A DNA stretch of 45,041 bases from an uncultured Eubacteriales bacterium (GTDB lineage: Bacteria > Bacillota > Clostridia > Oscillospirales > Oscillospiraceae). Under the pieces are notes generated by a model. The model ran no database searches. It worked only from the letters and a program-made list of their open reading frames with translations, and was not told the origin of the DNA. Shown here in pieces: positions 26,929 through 38,063 of this stretch. Both the position numbers and the translations under genes were made by a program. The stretch is taken from contig ONCN01000001.1 of the NCBI GenBank assembly GCA_900316335.1, forward strand, positions 1-45,041, in the 5' to 3' direction. The stretch's first letter is position 1, and the number at the start of each line of letters is the position of its first letter.

Positions 26929-27388
26929 GGCAACCGAATTGGTCCGTGCGCTTGCACGCGCGGGCAAGACCCTGGCCACGGCGGAGTCGTGTACCGGCGG
27001 CTTTTTGGGCAAGCAGATCACCGACGTATCGGGCAGCTCTGCGGTCTATCCCGGCGGCGTCATCAGCTACTGCAACCGGGTCAAGCACGAGATCCTCGGC
27101 GTGTCCCAGGCGGATCTGGATGCTTACGGCGCCGTCTCCGAGCCGGTTGCCCGCCAGATGGCCGAGGGCGTGCGCCGCGTGATCGGCGCGGACGTAGGCG
27201 TTGGCATCACCGGCATCGCCGGGCCGAAGTCTGACGACACCAACAAGCCCGTCGGCCTGGTGTACATCGGCGTGAGCGACGGCTGCGCCACCCGTGTGGA
27301 GCGCTGCCGATTTGACGGCGACCGCGACCAGGTGCGCCGCCAGAGCTGCCTGAGGGCCATGGATCTGATCCTGGAGCTGCTCGGATGA
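26921..27388 (+). CDS. CinA C-terminal-domain protein (nicotinamide-nucleotide amidohydrolase PncC type)
   Basis: 155 aa. TLATAESCTGGFLG...GGVISY...GITGIAGP...PVGLVYIG. There is an 8-nt overlap with thiI. Confidence 0.85.
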   Translation: MDKATELVRALARAGKTLATAESCTGGFLGKQITDVSGSSAVYPGGVISYCNRVKHEILGVSQADLDAYGAVSEPVARQMAEGVRRVIGADVGVGITGIAGPKSDDTNKPVGLVYIGVSDGCATRVERCRFDGDRDQVRRQSCLRAMDLILELLG

Positions 27389-27810
27389 AAAAGCAGGGCT
27401 GGCTGTGGGCGCTCTTTGGCCTGTATCTGGCCGTTTTGCTGCGCTTGACGGTGTTCCGCGACGGCTTTCTGGAACATGGCCTGTTCACCGGCCGGGTGGA
27501 GCTGGCAGCCTTTGCCTACCTTGCAAAGCTGGCCCGCGCAGGGCGCTGGCGATATTTTACCTATCTCTTTGTGGGCAATCTTGTCTGGTTTGCGCCGATG
27601 GGCGCCTGGGCCAGGCTGCGGGGCAGATCGTTTGCAGTGGGCCTTTTGTGGACCTTTCTGCTCTCCTTGGGCGTGGAGGTCAGCCAGTTCGTGTTTGGCT
27701 GCGGCGTATCGGAGCTTGACGATCTCATTCTCAACACGCTGGGCGGCTGCCTTGGCTGGCTCGCGACAAATTTCCTCTGCCGCCGAAGGCGACGTAAGAC
27801 GACATCGTAA
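27385..27810 (+). CDS. VanZ-family membrane protein
   Basis: 141 aa with 4 hydrophobic spans. SLGVEVSQFVFGCGVSELDDLILNTLGGCLGW is a typical VanZ motif. ATGA overlap with the cinA-like gene. Confidence 0.8.
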   Translation: MKKQGWLWALFGLYLAVLLRLTVFRDGFLEHGLFTGRVELAAFAYLAKLARAGRWRYFTYLFVGNLVWFAPMGAWARLRGRSFAVGLLWTFLLSLGVEVSQFVFGCGVSELDDLILNTLGGCLGWLATNFLCRRRRRKTTS

Positions 27811-27821
27811 CCTGCTATAAT

Positions 27822-27858
27822 AAGTCTGTGCGAACGGTTCGCGCAGACTTATTTTTTT
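27822..27858 (+). terminator. Intrinsic terminator after vanZ, directly abutting spoIIAA
   Basis: AAGTCTGTGCGAA-cgg-TTCGCGCAGACTT (13 bp, one G-U pair) followed by ATTTTTTT. Coordinates are anchored on ORF-track frames. Confidence 0.75.
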
Positions 27859-27875
27859 ACAAAGGAGTGATCCAA

Positions 27876-28196
27876 GTGAACTTTACCAGTCTTCTGCAGG
27901 ACAAGCGCCTGACCATCCTGCTCGCCGGGGAGATCGACCACCACTCCGCCAAGGAGATTATGAAGGCCATCACCGCCAAGATCGACATCTATATGCCCTT
28001 GTGCTGTGTGCTGGATTTTGGCAAAGTGACCTTTATGGACTCCAGCGGCATCGCCGTGGTGATCCATACCCTGCGCGCCATGAAGGAGCTGGAGGGGCAG
28101 CTTCTGCTGGAAAACATTCCCGATCAGCCCATGCGGGTCTTGCAGGCTGCCGGGATCGGCCGGCTCATCGCCCTGCAGGAAAGGAGCGCCGTATGA
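27876..28196 (+). CDS. spoIIAA: Anti-sigma-F factor antagonist SpoIIAA (STAS domain)
   Basis: The start is set at GTG 27876 (VNFTSLLQDKRLTILLAGEIDHH), 7 nt after AAAGGAGTG. The phosphorylatable DSSG motif (FMDSSGIAVV) is present. Confidence 0.85.
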   Translation: MNFTSLLQDKRLTILLAGEIDHHSAKEIMKAITAKIDIYMPLCCVLDFGKVTFMDSSGIAVVIHTLRAMKELEGQLLLENIPDQPMRVLQAAGIGRLIALQERSAV

Positions 28197-28630
28197 ACAA
28201 GGAAAACGAGGTGGTGCTGAAATTCCCCAGCCGGTCCCAGAACGAGGGCTTTGCCCGCGCCGTCACCGCGGCCTTTGCCGCAAGGCTCGATCCCACGCTC
28301 GAGGAGCTGGGCGACGTCAAAACCGCTGTGTCCGAGGCTGTGACCAACTGCATCGTCCACGCCTACCCGGATACCATCGGCCTGATCACCCTGCGCCTGC
28401 GCGCCTTGGAGGGCGGGATTTTGGAGATCACCGTGAAGGACAGCGGCCGCGGCATCGACGACGTGGACCGCGCCCGGCAGCCGATGTTCACCACCGGCGG
28501 CGCGGACCGTTCGGGCATGGGCATCACCATCATGGAGAGCTTTATGAACACCCTGTCCATCCGTTCAGCCCCTGGCCGCGGCACCACAGTGAAGATGCGC
28601 AAAAAGGTTCTGAGCCGAAAGGGGGGCTGA
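28193..28630 (+). CDS. spoIIAB: Anti-sigma-F factor SpoIIAB (serine protein kinase)
   Basis: The start is set at ATG 28193 (ATGA overlap). N-box (EAVTNCIVHAY) and G-boxes (DSGRGIDD, GMGITIM) are present. Confidence 0.9.
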   Translation: MNKENEVVLKFPSRSQNEGFARAVTAAFAARLDPTLEELGDVKTAVSEAVTNCIVHAYPDTIGLITLRLRALEGGILEITVKDSGRGIDDVDRARQPMFTTGGADRSGMGITIMESFMNTLSIRSAPGRGTTVKMRKKVLSRKGG

Positions 28631-29326
28631 GTGGAGCTGTTTGCTGCCATCGCCGCCGCGCAAACGGGCGACCGCGCCGCCATGGAGCGTCTGGTCGAGG
28701 AAAACACCGGCCTGATCTGGTCTGTTGCCAGGCGATACTTTGGCCGCGGCGCGGAGCCGGACGATCTGTTTCAGCTTGGCTGCGTGGGCTTTTTAAAGGC
28801 GGTGGAGGGGTTCGATCTTGCCTTTGGCACGCAGTTTTCCACCTACGCCGTGCCGAAGATCGCCGGCGAGATCCGCCGCTTTTTGCGAGACGACGGCCCG
28901 ATCAAGGTCAGTCGGACCTACAAAGAGCGCGCAGTTCGCATTGCCAGGGCCCGCGAGACGCTGACAGCCCGCCTTGGCGAGGAGCCCACCTTGACCCAGC
29001 TTGCCCGTGAGCTGGATCTGCCCCCTGAAGAGATCGCCCAGGCGGAGCTGGCCGCCGCTGAGCCGGAGTCGATCCAGCGTCCCACCGGGGAGGACGGCCT
29101 GTGCCTTGAGCAGGTCCTGGCAGATCCCGGCCAGGAGGATCTGTTTGAGCGCCTTGCCCTGCGCCAGGCGCTCGAGCAGCTTGCGCCAAAGGAGCGCCGG
29201 GTGATCCTGCTGCGCTATTTCCACGGCCTCACGCAGCAGCGGATCGCAGATCTTCTGGGCGTCTCTCAAGTGCAGGTCTCGCGCATGGAAAAAAGGGCCC
29301 TGGGCCATCTGCGGGAAAACTTGTAA
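28631..29326 (+). CDS. sigF: Sporulation sigma factor SigF
   Basis: 231 aa, GTG start immediately after the spoIIAB stop. LIWSVARRYFGRGAEPDDLFQLGCVGFLKAVEGFD...FSTYAVPKIAGEIRRFLRDDGPIKVSR. The spoIIA operon context supports the call. Confidence 0.9.
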   Translation: MELFAAIAAAQTGDRAAMERLVEENTGLIWSVARRYFGRGAEPDDLFQLGCVGFLKAVEGFDLAFGTQFSTYAVPKIAGEIRRFLRDDGPIKVSRTYKERAVRIARARETLTARLGEEPTLTQLARELDLPPEEIAQAELAAAEPESIQRPTGEDGLCLEQVLADPGQEDLFERLALRQALEQLAPKERRVILLRYFHGLTQQRIADLLGVSQVQVSRMEKRALGHLRENL

Positions 29327-29394
29327 AAAACTACTTCCATTTTTGCCGGATCCATAGTAAAATAGGGGAAACTAAGACAAAGCAGGTACCCCCT

Positions 29395-31788
29395 ATGAAC
29401 GAAGCCATGCAAACCCGTTTTCTCACCGCCCGGCGCGCGCTCATTGCCGCGCAGTTTTCCGATCTCAACGACCGGCAGCTTGAGGCGGCGCTGACCACCG
29501 AGGGTCCGCTTCTGCTGCTGGCGGGGGCCGGTAGCGGCAAGACCACGGTACTGATCCGCCGCATCGCAAACCTCATCCGCTTTGGCTGCGCGTCCGACTC
29601 GCAGGAGATCCCCGCCTACGTCACCGAGGAAAACGTGCTCCAGCTTGAGCAGGCGCTTGCGTCTGGCACGATGGATGACTCTGTCGCGGCGCTGTGCGCG
29701 CTGCGTCCCGCCGCACCGTGGAGCATCATTGCCATCACCTTTACCAACAAGGCCGCAAACGAGCTCAAAACCCGGCTTGCCAATCTTCTGGGCAATGAGG
29801 CACTGGATATCTGGGCCATGACCTTCCACTCCGCCTGCTGCCGGATCCTGCGCCGCGAGATCAGCCGCCTGGGATACGACAGCCGCTTCACCATCTACGA
29901 CACCGCCGACTCCGAGCGGGTGATGAAGGACGTGATGAAGGACCTCTCGGTCGATGAAAAGACGCTTCCGGCCAAGACGATTTTAAACTATATCAGCCGC
30001 GCCAAGGACCGGATGGAGCTGCCCGCGGAATTTGCTGCCGAGGCGAAAAGCTCCGGCGACTACCGCATGGAGCTCATGGCCCGCTGCTACGACGCCTATC
30101 AGACCCGCCTGCAGGAGGCCAACGCCCTGGACTTTGACGACATCATTCTGCTTACAGTCCGCCTTTTGCAGGACTTCGACGAGGTCCGCGACTTCTACCA
30201 GCGCAAGTTCCGCTACGTGCTCATCGACGAGTACCAGGACACCAACCACCTGCAATACCTGCTGGCGTCCCTGCTGGCCGGCGGCTACGAGAATATCTGC
30301 GTGGTGGGCGACGACGATCAGAGCATCTACCGCTTCCGCGGCGCCACCATCACCAACATTCTCAGCTTTGAAAACCAGTTCCGCGGCGCCAAGCTCATCC
30401 GGCTCGAGCAGAACTACCGCTCGACCCAGTCCATTCTCGACGCGGCCAACGCCGTGATCGCCCACAACCGGGGCAGAAAGGGCAAAAAGCTCTGGACCAA
30501 AAACGAGACCGGGGAGAAGATCGTGGTCTACAACGCTATGAACGAGTCTGACGAGGCAAATTTTGTGGCCGGGCGGATCTTCTCCATGCAGCCAAAGGCC
30601 AGGTTCAAGGACTTTTGCGTGCTCTACCGCACCAACGCGCAGTCAAACGCGCTGGAAAAAGCCTTCAAGGCAAACGCCATCCCATACCGCATCATCGGCG
30701 GCACCCGCTTCTTTGACCGCGCGGAGGTCAAGGATATGCTGGCCTATCTGTGGGTGCTGTCCAACCGTGCGGACGATCTGAGATTGCGCCGCATCATCAA
30801 CAATCCGCCCCGCGGCATCGGCGTCAAAACGCTTGAGACCGCCACGCGCCTTGCCGAGGCCTCCGGCATGCCGCTGTACGCCGTGCTGTCCGATCCCGAC
30901 TCCTACCCGGCGCTGGAAAAGGCGGCGGGCAAGCTCAAAACCTTTGTGCAGCTTATTGAGCAGTGCGCCGCCCGGCTCAACGAGCTGGCCCTGCCGGAGT
31001 TTTACGACGAGCTGCTTGCTTACACCGGCTATGCGGCCATGCTCGAGAGCAAGGACGATATCGACTCCCGCACGCGCCTGGAAAACGTGCGCGAGCTTCG
31101 CTCGTCGCTGGTGGGTTACGTGCAAAACCACCCGGACGACGCCTCCCTGGAGGGCTTTTTGGAAGAGATCGCTCTCTACACCGATATCGAGCAGTATGAC
31201 CCCGAGGCCGACGCTGTGGTCATGATGACCATGCACGCGGCAAAGGGCTTGGAGTTTCCCCACGTGTGCATCGTGGGCGCCGAGGAGGGCGTTTTCCCCA
31301 GCCTTCGCTCTGCAGACGATCAATCTATGGAAGAAGAGCGGCGGCTTTGCTACGTGGCCATGACCCGCGCAAAAAAGACGCTTGCCATCTGCCATGCCGA
31401 CCAGAGAATGCTATACGGCCACACCACGGCCAACCGGGTTTCCCGCTTTGTGGAGGAGATCCCAGACGAGCTGATCACCGGCCGCACCAAAAAGCAGCCC
31501 AAGCCCGCCGCTTCAAGTTGGGGCGGCTATACGCCTTCATCCCGTCCCGGCTGGGGCCAGACCCGTCGCCCCCAAAGCAGTATGTATCGCCCCTCCGCGC
31601 CTGCGGCCGAGGCCGCTGTGGTTGACTATCGCCCCGGCGATATGGTTGAGCACAAGTCCTTTGGCCGGGGCATGGTGCTCTCCAGTCTCAAAATGGGCAA
31701 CGATGCCCTGCTTGAGATCGCCTTTGATGAAAAGGGGACGAGAAAGCTTATGGCCCGCATCGCAGCAGCCCATATGAAAAAGCTGTGA
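29395..31788 (+). CDS. pcrA: ATP-dependent DNA helicase PcrA (UvrD family)
   Basis: 797 aa. Walker A (AGAGSGKTTVL), DEYQDTN, and a C-terminal Tudor-like tail (GDMVEHKSFGRGMV) are present. Confidence 0.95.
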   Translation: MNEAMQTRFLTARRALIAAQFSDLNDRQLEAALTTEGPLLLLAGAGSGKTTVLIRRIANLIRFGCASDSQEIPAYVTEENVLQLEQALASGTMDDSVAALCALRPAAPWSIIAITFTNKAANELKTRLANLLGNEALDIWAMTFHSACCRILRREISRLGYDSRFTIYDTADSERVMKDVMKDLSVDEKTLPAKTILNYISRAKDRMELPAEFAAEAKSSGDYRMELMARCYDAYQTRLQEANALDFDDIILLTVRLLQDFDEVRDFYQRKFRYVLIDEYQDTNHLQYLLASLLAGGYENICVVGDDDQSIYRFRGATITNILSFENQFRGAKLIRLEQNYRSTQSILDAANAVIAHNRGRKGKKLWTKNETGEKIVVYNAMNESDEANFVAGRIFSMQPKARFKDFCVLYRTNAQSNALEKAFKANAIPYRIIGGTRFFDRAEVKDMLAYLWVLSNRADDLRLRRIINNPPRGIGVKTLETATRLAEASGMPLYAVLSDPDSYPALEKAAGKLKTFVQLIEQCAARLNELALPEFYDELLAYTGYAAMLESKDDIDSRTRLENVRELRSSLVGYVQNHPDDASLEGFLEEIALYTDIEQYDPEADAVVMMTMHAAKGLEFPHVCIVGAEEGVFPSLRSADDQSMEEERRLCYVAMTRAKKTLAICHADQRMLYGHTTANRVSRFVEEIPDELITGRTKKQPKPAASSWGGYTPSSRPGWGQTRRPQSSMYRPSAPAAEAAVVDYRPGDMVEHKSFGRGMVLSSLKMGNDALLEIAFDEKGTRKLMARIAAAHMKKL

Positions 31789-31830
31789 TGCACCGCCCTG
31801 TCGGCGCATAAACTTGCCAGAGGTGGTTTT

Positions 31831-34459
<2,629 letters not shown>

Positions 34460-34469
34460 CGCTGCGCGC

Positions 34470-34519
34470 AAAAAAGCCGCCTGCGGGCTCGCAGAAGCGA
34501 GCACGCAGGCGGCTTTTTT
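34470..34519. terminator. Bidirectional intrinsic terminator between ligA and ribU
   Basis: AAAAAAGCCGCCTGCG (34470-34485) ... CGCAGGCGGCTTTTTT (34504-34519). Confidence 0.85.
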
Positions 34520-34522
34520 CGC

Positions 34523-35179
34523 TCAGATCACGCCCAGCATGACCAAAAGCAGCAGCACAAACGTGAGCAAAACGGCCAGCGCAAAGAGCGTGAAGCCCAG
34601 GCTGAAGCGGCCCTTGCCGCTCTTGGCCTCGGCCACAAGGCCTGCCCGGCGCAGCGCAGTGACCACCGGCTTGTACAAAAGCAGCGTCAGCGCCGCGTTG
34701 AGCCCACCCTTGATCAGGTTAAAGGGCAAAAACACCGTGGCCAGCATCCCTGCAACCGTTTCTCTGGGCACGCCCATGTAATAGGGCGTGATGATGTAGT
34801 TCCAGATCACCATGCAAAGCGCCATCAGCAGCACGCCCAGGCCCAGGCCCAGAAGCGCGCCCTTCTGCGTGCGGTTTTTCTGGTAGAGCCAGGCCGCCGG
34901 CACGGCAAAGGCGCAGGTGGAGACCACGTTCATCAAAAAGCCGTAGACCCCCGTGGTGCTGATCGAGACCATCTCGATCAGGCTCACCAGCACCGAGACG
35001 ATCACGCAGGCAAACGGCCCGAAGATAAAGCCCGCGATCACGATCACGGCGTCCTTCGGCTCATAGCTCAAAAAGCCGGCGACGTTGGGGATGACCTTGC
35101 TCAACAGCACGGAAACGAAGCTGAGCGCCACAAACATGGCAAGCACGGCGACGGTGCGGGGGGAGAGTTTTTCTTTCAT
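34523..35179 (-). CDS. ribU: ECF-transporter S component, riboflavin-specific (RibU) by riboswitch context
   Basis: The start is set at MKEKLSPRTV (ATG 35179) after GGAGG. It has about 5-6 hydrophobic spans and a typical S-component length. It lies directly downstream of an FMN riboswitch. Confidence 0.8.
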   Translation of the reverse strand: MKEKLSPRTVAVLAMFVALSFVSVLLSKVIPNVAGFLSYEPKDAVIVIAGFIFGPFACVIVSVLVSLIEMVSISTTGVYGFLMNVVSTCAFAVPAAWLYQKNRTQKGALLGLGLGVLLMALCMVIWNYIITPYYMGVPRETVAGMLATVFLPFNLIKGGLNAALTLLLYKPVVTALRRAGLVAEAKSGKGRFSLGFTLFALAVLLTFVLLLLVMLGVI

Positions 35180-35192
35180 AGGTGTTACCTCC

Positions 35193-35230
35193 AAAAATAA
35201 AATGCCTGAAAACCATACGTCTTCAGGCAT
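35193..35230 (-). terminator. Expression-platform terminator of the FMN riboswitch
   Basis: Minus strand: ATGCCTGAA-gacgtatggt-TTTCAGGCAT followed by TTTATTTTT. It lies between the aptamer and the ribU RBS. Confidence 0.75.
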
Positions 35231-35256
35231 ATCACAGTGGGTCACACCATGCTATA

Positions 35257-35366
35257 CTTCTTCTTTCATCCAGACTTTACTGTCGGTCCCGGAATGACAC
35301 CGGGTCTGCCAAAAGGCTCGCGGACTTTACCGCCGGTCGGGAATTACACCCTGCCCTGAAGAAATA
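35257..35366 (-). promoter_or_regulatory. FMN riboswitch (RFN element) aptamer
   Basis: The reverse complement reads TTCTTCAGGGCAGGGTGTAATTCCCGACCGGCGGTAAAGTCCGCGAGCC...GACCCGGTGTCATTCCGGGACCGACAGTAAAGTCTGGATGAAAGAAGAAG. This matches the conserved RFN core seen in the B. subtilis ribD leader, with P1 closing TTCTTC/GAAGAA. Confidence 0.9.
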
Positions 35367-35384
35367 CAGTATTCCATTGCTCTT

Positions 35385-35412
35385 ATTATACGCGATGCTG
35401 CAAAAAATGCAA
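35385..35412 (-). promoter_or_regulatory. Candidate sigma-A promoter driving riboswitch-ribU
   Basis: Minus strand: TTGCAT (35412-35407), 16 nt, TATAAT (35390-35385). It lies about 20 nt upstream of riboswitch P1. Confidence 0.55.
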
Positions 35413-35472
35413 GTATTTTTTGAAAAAAACCTGGATGACGCCGATTGGTAACATTTTGGTAACAATTATACG

Positions 35473-35949
35473 CTAAGATACAGACGATGGGGCGGCAAAG
35501 CCATGCATGGCGCCGTCCTCGGCAGTGTTGGTCACGTCTCCGCCGATGACCTGCCCGTCGCGGACCAGGACGGTTGCATAGACCGGCTCTTCGGCCTCTG
35601 GGTAGTTTAAGATCTCATAGACGTATCGCGTGGCCTCCTGCCCGGCAAACTGGCTCAGATCGTAGCCCTGGCTCCGCTGCAGCTCGTTGTAGCGGGCAAA
35701 GACCGGGCTGTCTTCGCTGCTGGGCACGGTGACGGTCTGCACCTCAATGGGCTCTGCGTTCACGTCCCAGCCGTATCCGGCCAGGAACGTGACTCTGGCC
35801 TCGTTGGAGTCGGCGTCGGCGGTCTGCCCGGCCGGGGCGCCCTGTTTTCGCACCGTAAGCGCGACCACGGTCACCACCACAATCGCCAAAATCAGCGTGA
35901 CGATGGCGGCAAGCTTTGTTTTTGAGACCTTGGCGGTCAGAACGAACAT
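35473..35949 (-). CDS. DUF4830-family membrane-anchored protein
   Basis: Only the C-terminal part of track ORF 35473..36471 is real. ATG 35949 follows GGGAGG. MFVLTAKVSKTKLAAIVTLILAIVVV...RVTFLAGYGWDV...YNELQRSQGYDLSQFAGQEATRYVYEI...VIGGDV matches DUF4830 from memory. Confidence 0.7.
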   Translation of the reverse strand: MFVLTAKVSKTKLAAIVTLILAIVVVTVVALTVRKQGAPAGQTADADSNEARVTFLAGYGWDVNAEPIEVQTVTVPSSEDSPVFARYNELQRSQGYDLSQFAGQEATRYVYEILNYPEAEEPVYATVLVRDGQVIGGDVTNTAEDGAMHGFAAPSSVS

Positions 35950-36018
35950 ACTGGTACCTCCCTTGGATGATGGTTGGTCCATCATACGAGGGGAGGGCGG
36001 AAAATATGCGGAGGAAGC

Positions 36019-36717
36019 ATGGAACGCTTGGATCATTTTCTCTCCGGGGCGCAGGTAGCCTCGCGCAAAGAGCTCAAAGCGCTGCTCAAGGCAGGCAGCG
36101 TTACCATCAACGGGACAGTCTGCAAGGACGGCAGCCAGAAGATCGATCCCGCGCGCGACGAAATCCGGTACCTGGGGCAGCTTGTCGAGGCGGACCGCCG
36201 CGTCATTTTGCTGCTCTATAAGCCCGCAGGCTACGTCACCTCCACCGACGATCCAAGAGATCCCACCGTGATGGAGCTTCTGCCCCCGGCGTATCGCCGC
36301 TATGCGCCCGTCCCCGTGGGCAGGCTTGACAAGCAGACCGAGGGGCTGCTGCTTCTGACCAACGACGGCGCGCTTGCCCATCGGTTGATCTCCCCGAAGT
36401 ACGAGGTGGAGAAGGAATACTTCGCCATCCACGAGGGGCAGACCTGCGAAGAAGATGTCCGCGCCTTTCAAGAGGGCCTTGTTCTGGCCGACGGCACCCG
36501 GTGCAAGCCGGCCGTCTTAACGCCGCTCGGGCCGGGCCAAAGCCGCGTGATCGTCACCGAGGGCAAGTACCACCAGGTCCGCCGGATGCTGGCAAGCCGG
36601 GGCTGCCCGGTGCAATATCTGCGCCGCGACCGGGAGGGGAGCCTCACCCTTGCGGGCATGGAGCCCGGCCAGATCCGCGAATTGACCCCGCAGGAGGCGC
36701 TTGAACTGGACCGGTAG
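36019..36717 (+). CDS. Pseudouridine synthase, RsuA/RluB family (S4 domain plus catalytic domain)
   Basis: The start is set at MERLDHFLS (ATG 36019) after GGAGGA. The catalytic GRLDKQTEGLLLLTNDG motif is present. Confidence 0.9.
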   Translation: MERLDHFLSGAQVASRKELKALLKAGSVTINGTVCKDGSQKIDPARDEIRYLGQLVEADRRVILLLYKPAGYVTSTDDPRDPTVMELLPPAYRRYAPVPVGRLDKQTEGLLLLTNDGALAHRLISPKYEVEKEYFAIHEGQTCEEDVRAFQEGLVLADGTRCKPAVLTPLGPGQSRVIVTEGKYHQVRRMLASRGCPVQYLRRDREGSLTLAGMEPGQIRELTPQEALELDR

Positions 36718-36867
36718 GGGAAATGTGCAATATTCACAAAAAATTTTATTGACAAAAACTTGAAAGAACACCCAACATTATGTGCTGCTTCTTAGTGACA
36801 TTGACAAATTTGTTGTGTTTTTGCATAAAAAAGAACAGCCATTTTGAAATAAAATGTCAAAAGCCTC

Positions 36868-36896
36868 TTGCAAAGTGAGAGAAAATGAGCTATTAT
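36868..36896 (+). promoter_or_regulatory. Candidate sigma-A promoter of the PucR-type regulator gene
   Basis: TTGCAA (36868-36873), 17 nt, TATTAT (36891-36896), within a 225-nt AT-rich spacer. Confidence 0.4.
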
Positions 36897-36942
36897 ATAT
36901 CCCAGAAGTTGTACAATACATTCACTTCCGGGAGGGACCGTT

Positions 36943-38037
36943 ATGGCGAACCATATTTTCTCTGATGTTATCGAACAAATGAAGGCCGCGACCGACCGTC
37001 AGTTCGGCGTCATCGACTCCGAGGGCACCGTGGTGGCCTGCAGCGACAGCGAGCAGCTTGGCGTCAAGTGGCCGAAGCTTGCCCGGGTCGTCAATCTCTC
37101 CGAGGACAACGCAGTACATTTTTCCGGAAAGACCGTCAAAGCGCTGACCAACTTCGGCAACAGCTTTGACTATGCCGTTTTTGTCGACGGCGACGACGAT
37201 TTCGCCCGCAGCTTTTGCCTGATGGCCCATGTGACGCTCAACAGCACCAAGATCTATTACGAAGAAAAGCATGACAAGGGCACCTTCGTCAAAAACATCA
37301 TCACCGACAATATCCTTCCCGGCGACATCTATATCCGCGCCAAAGAGCTCCATTTCCCTGCCGATCAAAACCGCACGGTTTTCCTTGTCCGGCAAACCGG
37401 CAACGTCGACGTGGCTGCGGTGGATGTGCTGCAGGGCCTGTTCCCCGATCGGCAGCAGGACTTTGTCATCTCCATCAATGAGACCGACATCGCCGTGGTC
37501 AAGCTCGTCAACGGCGAGGGCGACCGCGAAGAGCTGCTTTCCATTGCCCGCCAGATCGAAGATACGCTCAAAAACCAGCTCTTCCTCAAGACCACCATCG
37601 GCATCGGCACCGTCTCGCAGCACCTGCGTGAGCTTGCCGACTCCTATAAAGAGGCCCAGGTCGCCATCGAGGTGGGCAAGGTGTTCGATACCGAAAAGAC
37701 CATCATCAACTATGACAATCTGGGGATCGGGCGGCTGATCTATCAGCTTCCCACCACCCTGTGCGAGATCTTCCTCAACGAGGTCTTCAAGAAAAACTCC
37801 ATTGAAAGCCTCGACCAGGAGACGCTCTACACCATCAACAAGTTCTTTGAAAACAACCTCAACGTCTCCGAGACCTCCCGCAAGCTCTTTGTCCACCGCA
37901 ACACCCTGGTTTACCGCCTGGAAAAGATCAAAAAGCTCACGGGGCTGGATCTGCGCGAGTTTGACCACGCCATCGTCTTTAAAGTCGCCCTGATGGTGAA
38001 AAAATATCTCGAGTCGCGGGACAACCGGATGTTCTGA
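36943..38037 (+). CDS. PucR/CdaR-family transcriptional regulator
   Basis: 364 aa. It has the C-terminal PucR HTH (SETSRKLFVHRNTLVYRLEKIKKLTGLDLREFD) and a CdaR-like middle (GGDEF-like) region. Confidence 0.85.
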   Translation: MANHIFSDVIEQMKAATDRQFGVIDSEGTVVACSDSEQLGVKWPKLARVVNLSEDNAVHFSGKTVKALTNFGNSFDYAVFVDGDDDFARSFCLMAHVTLNSTKIYYEEKHDKGTFVKNIITDNILPGDIYIRAKELHFPADQNRTVFLVRQTGNVDVAAVDVLQGLFPDRQQDFVISINETDIAVVKLVNGEGDREELLSIARQIEDTLKNQLFLKTTIGIGTVSQHLRELADSYKEAQVAIEVGKVFDTEKTIINYDNLGIGRLIYQLPTTLCEIFLNEVFKKNSIESLDQETLYTINKFFENNLNVSETSRKLFVHRNTLVYRLEKIKKLTGLDLREFDHAIVFKVALMVKKYLESRDNRMF

Positions 38038-38063
38038 GACCCACCCCTGCAAAGGAGTCAACT

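Noticed and set aside
27822-27850. TGTGCGAA / TTCGCGCA inside the hairpin was considered as Spo0A (0A box, TGNCGAA) sites for spoIIA
   Set aside because: Neither strand matches the 7-mer without a mismatch at a conserved position. The sequence is better explained as terminator stem arms.
31817-31824. CATAAACT upstream of yunB was considered as a sigma-E -10 box (CATACAnT)
   Set aside because: It lies only 6 nt from ATG 31831, and no ATA-type -35 box sits at the right spacing. It would only work with the alternative start at 31849, which lacks a good RBS.
35950-36471. N-terminal 174 aa of track ORF 35473..36471
   Set aside because: It is antisense to the pseudouridine synthase gene. The DUF4830-like protein begins at ATG 35949 with its own RBS.
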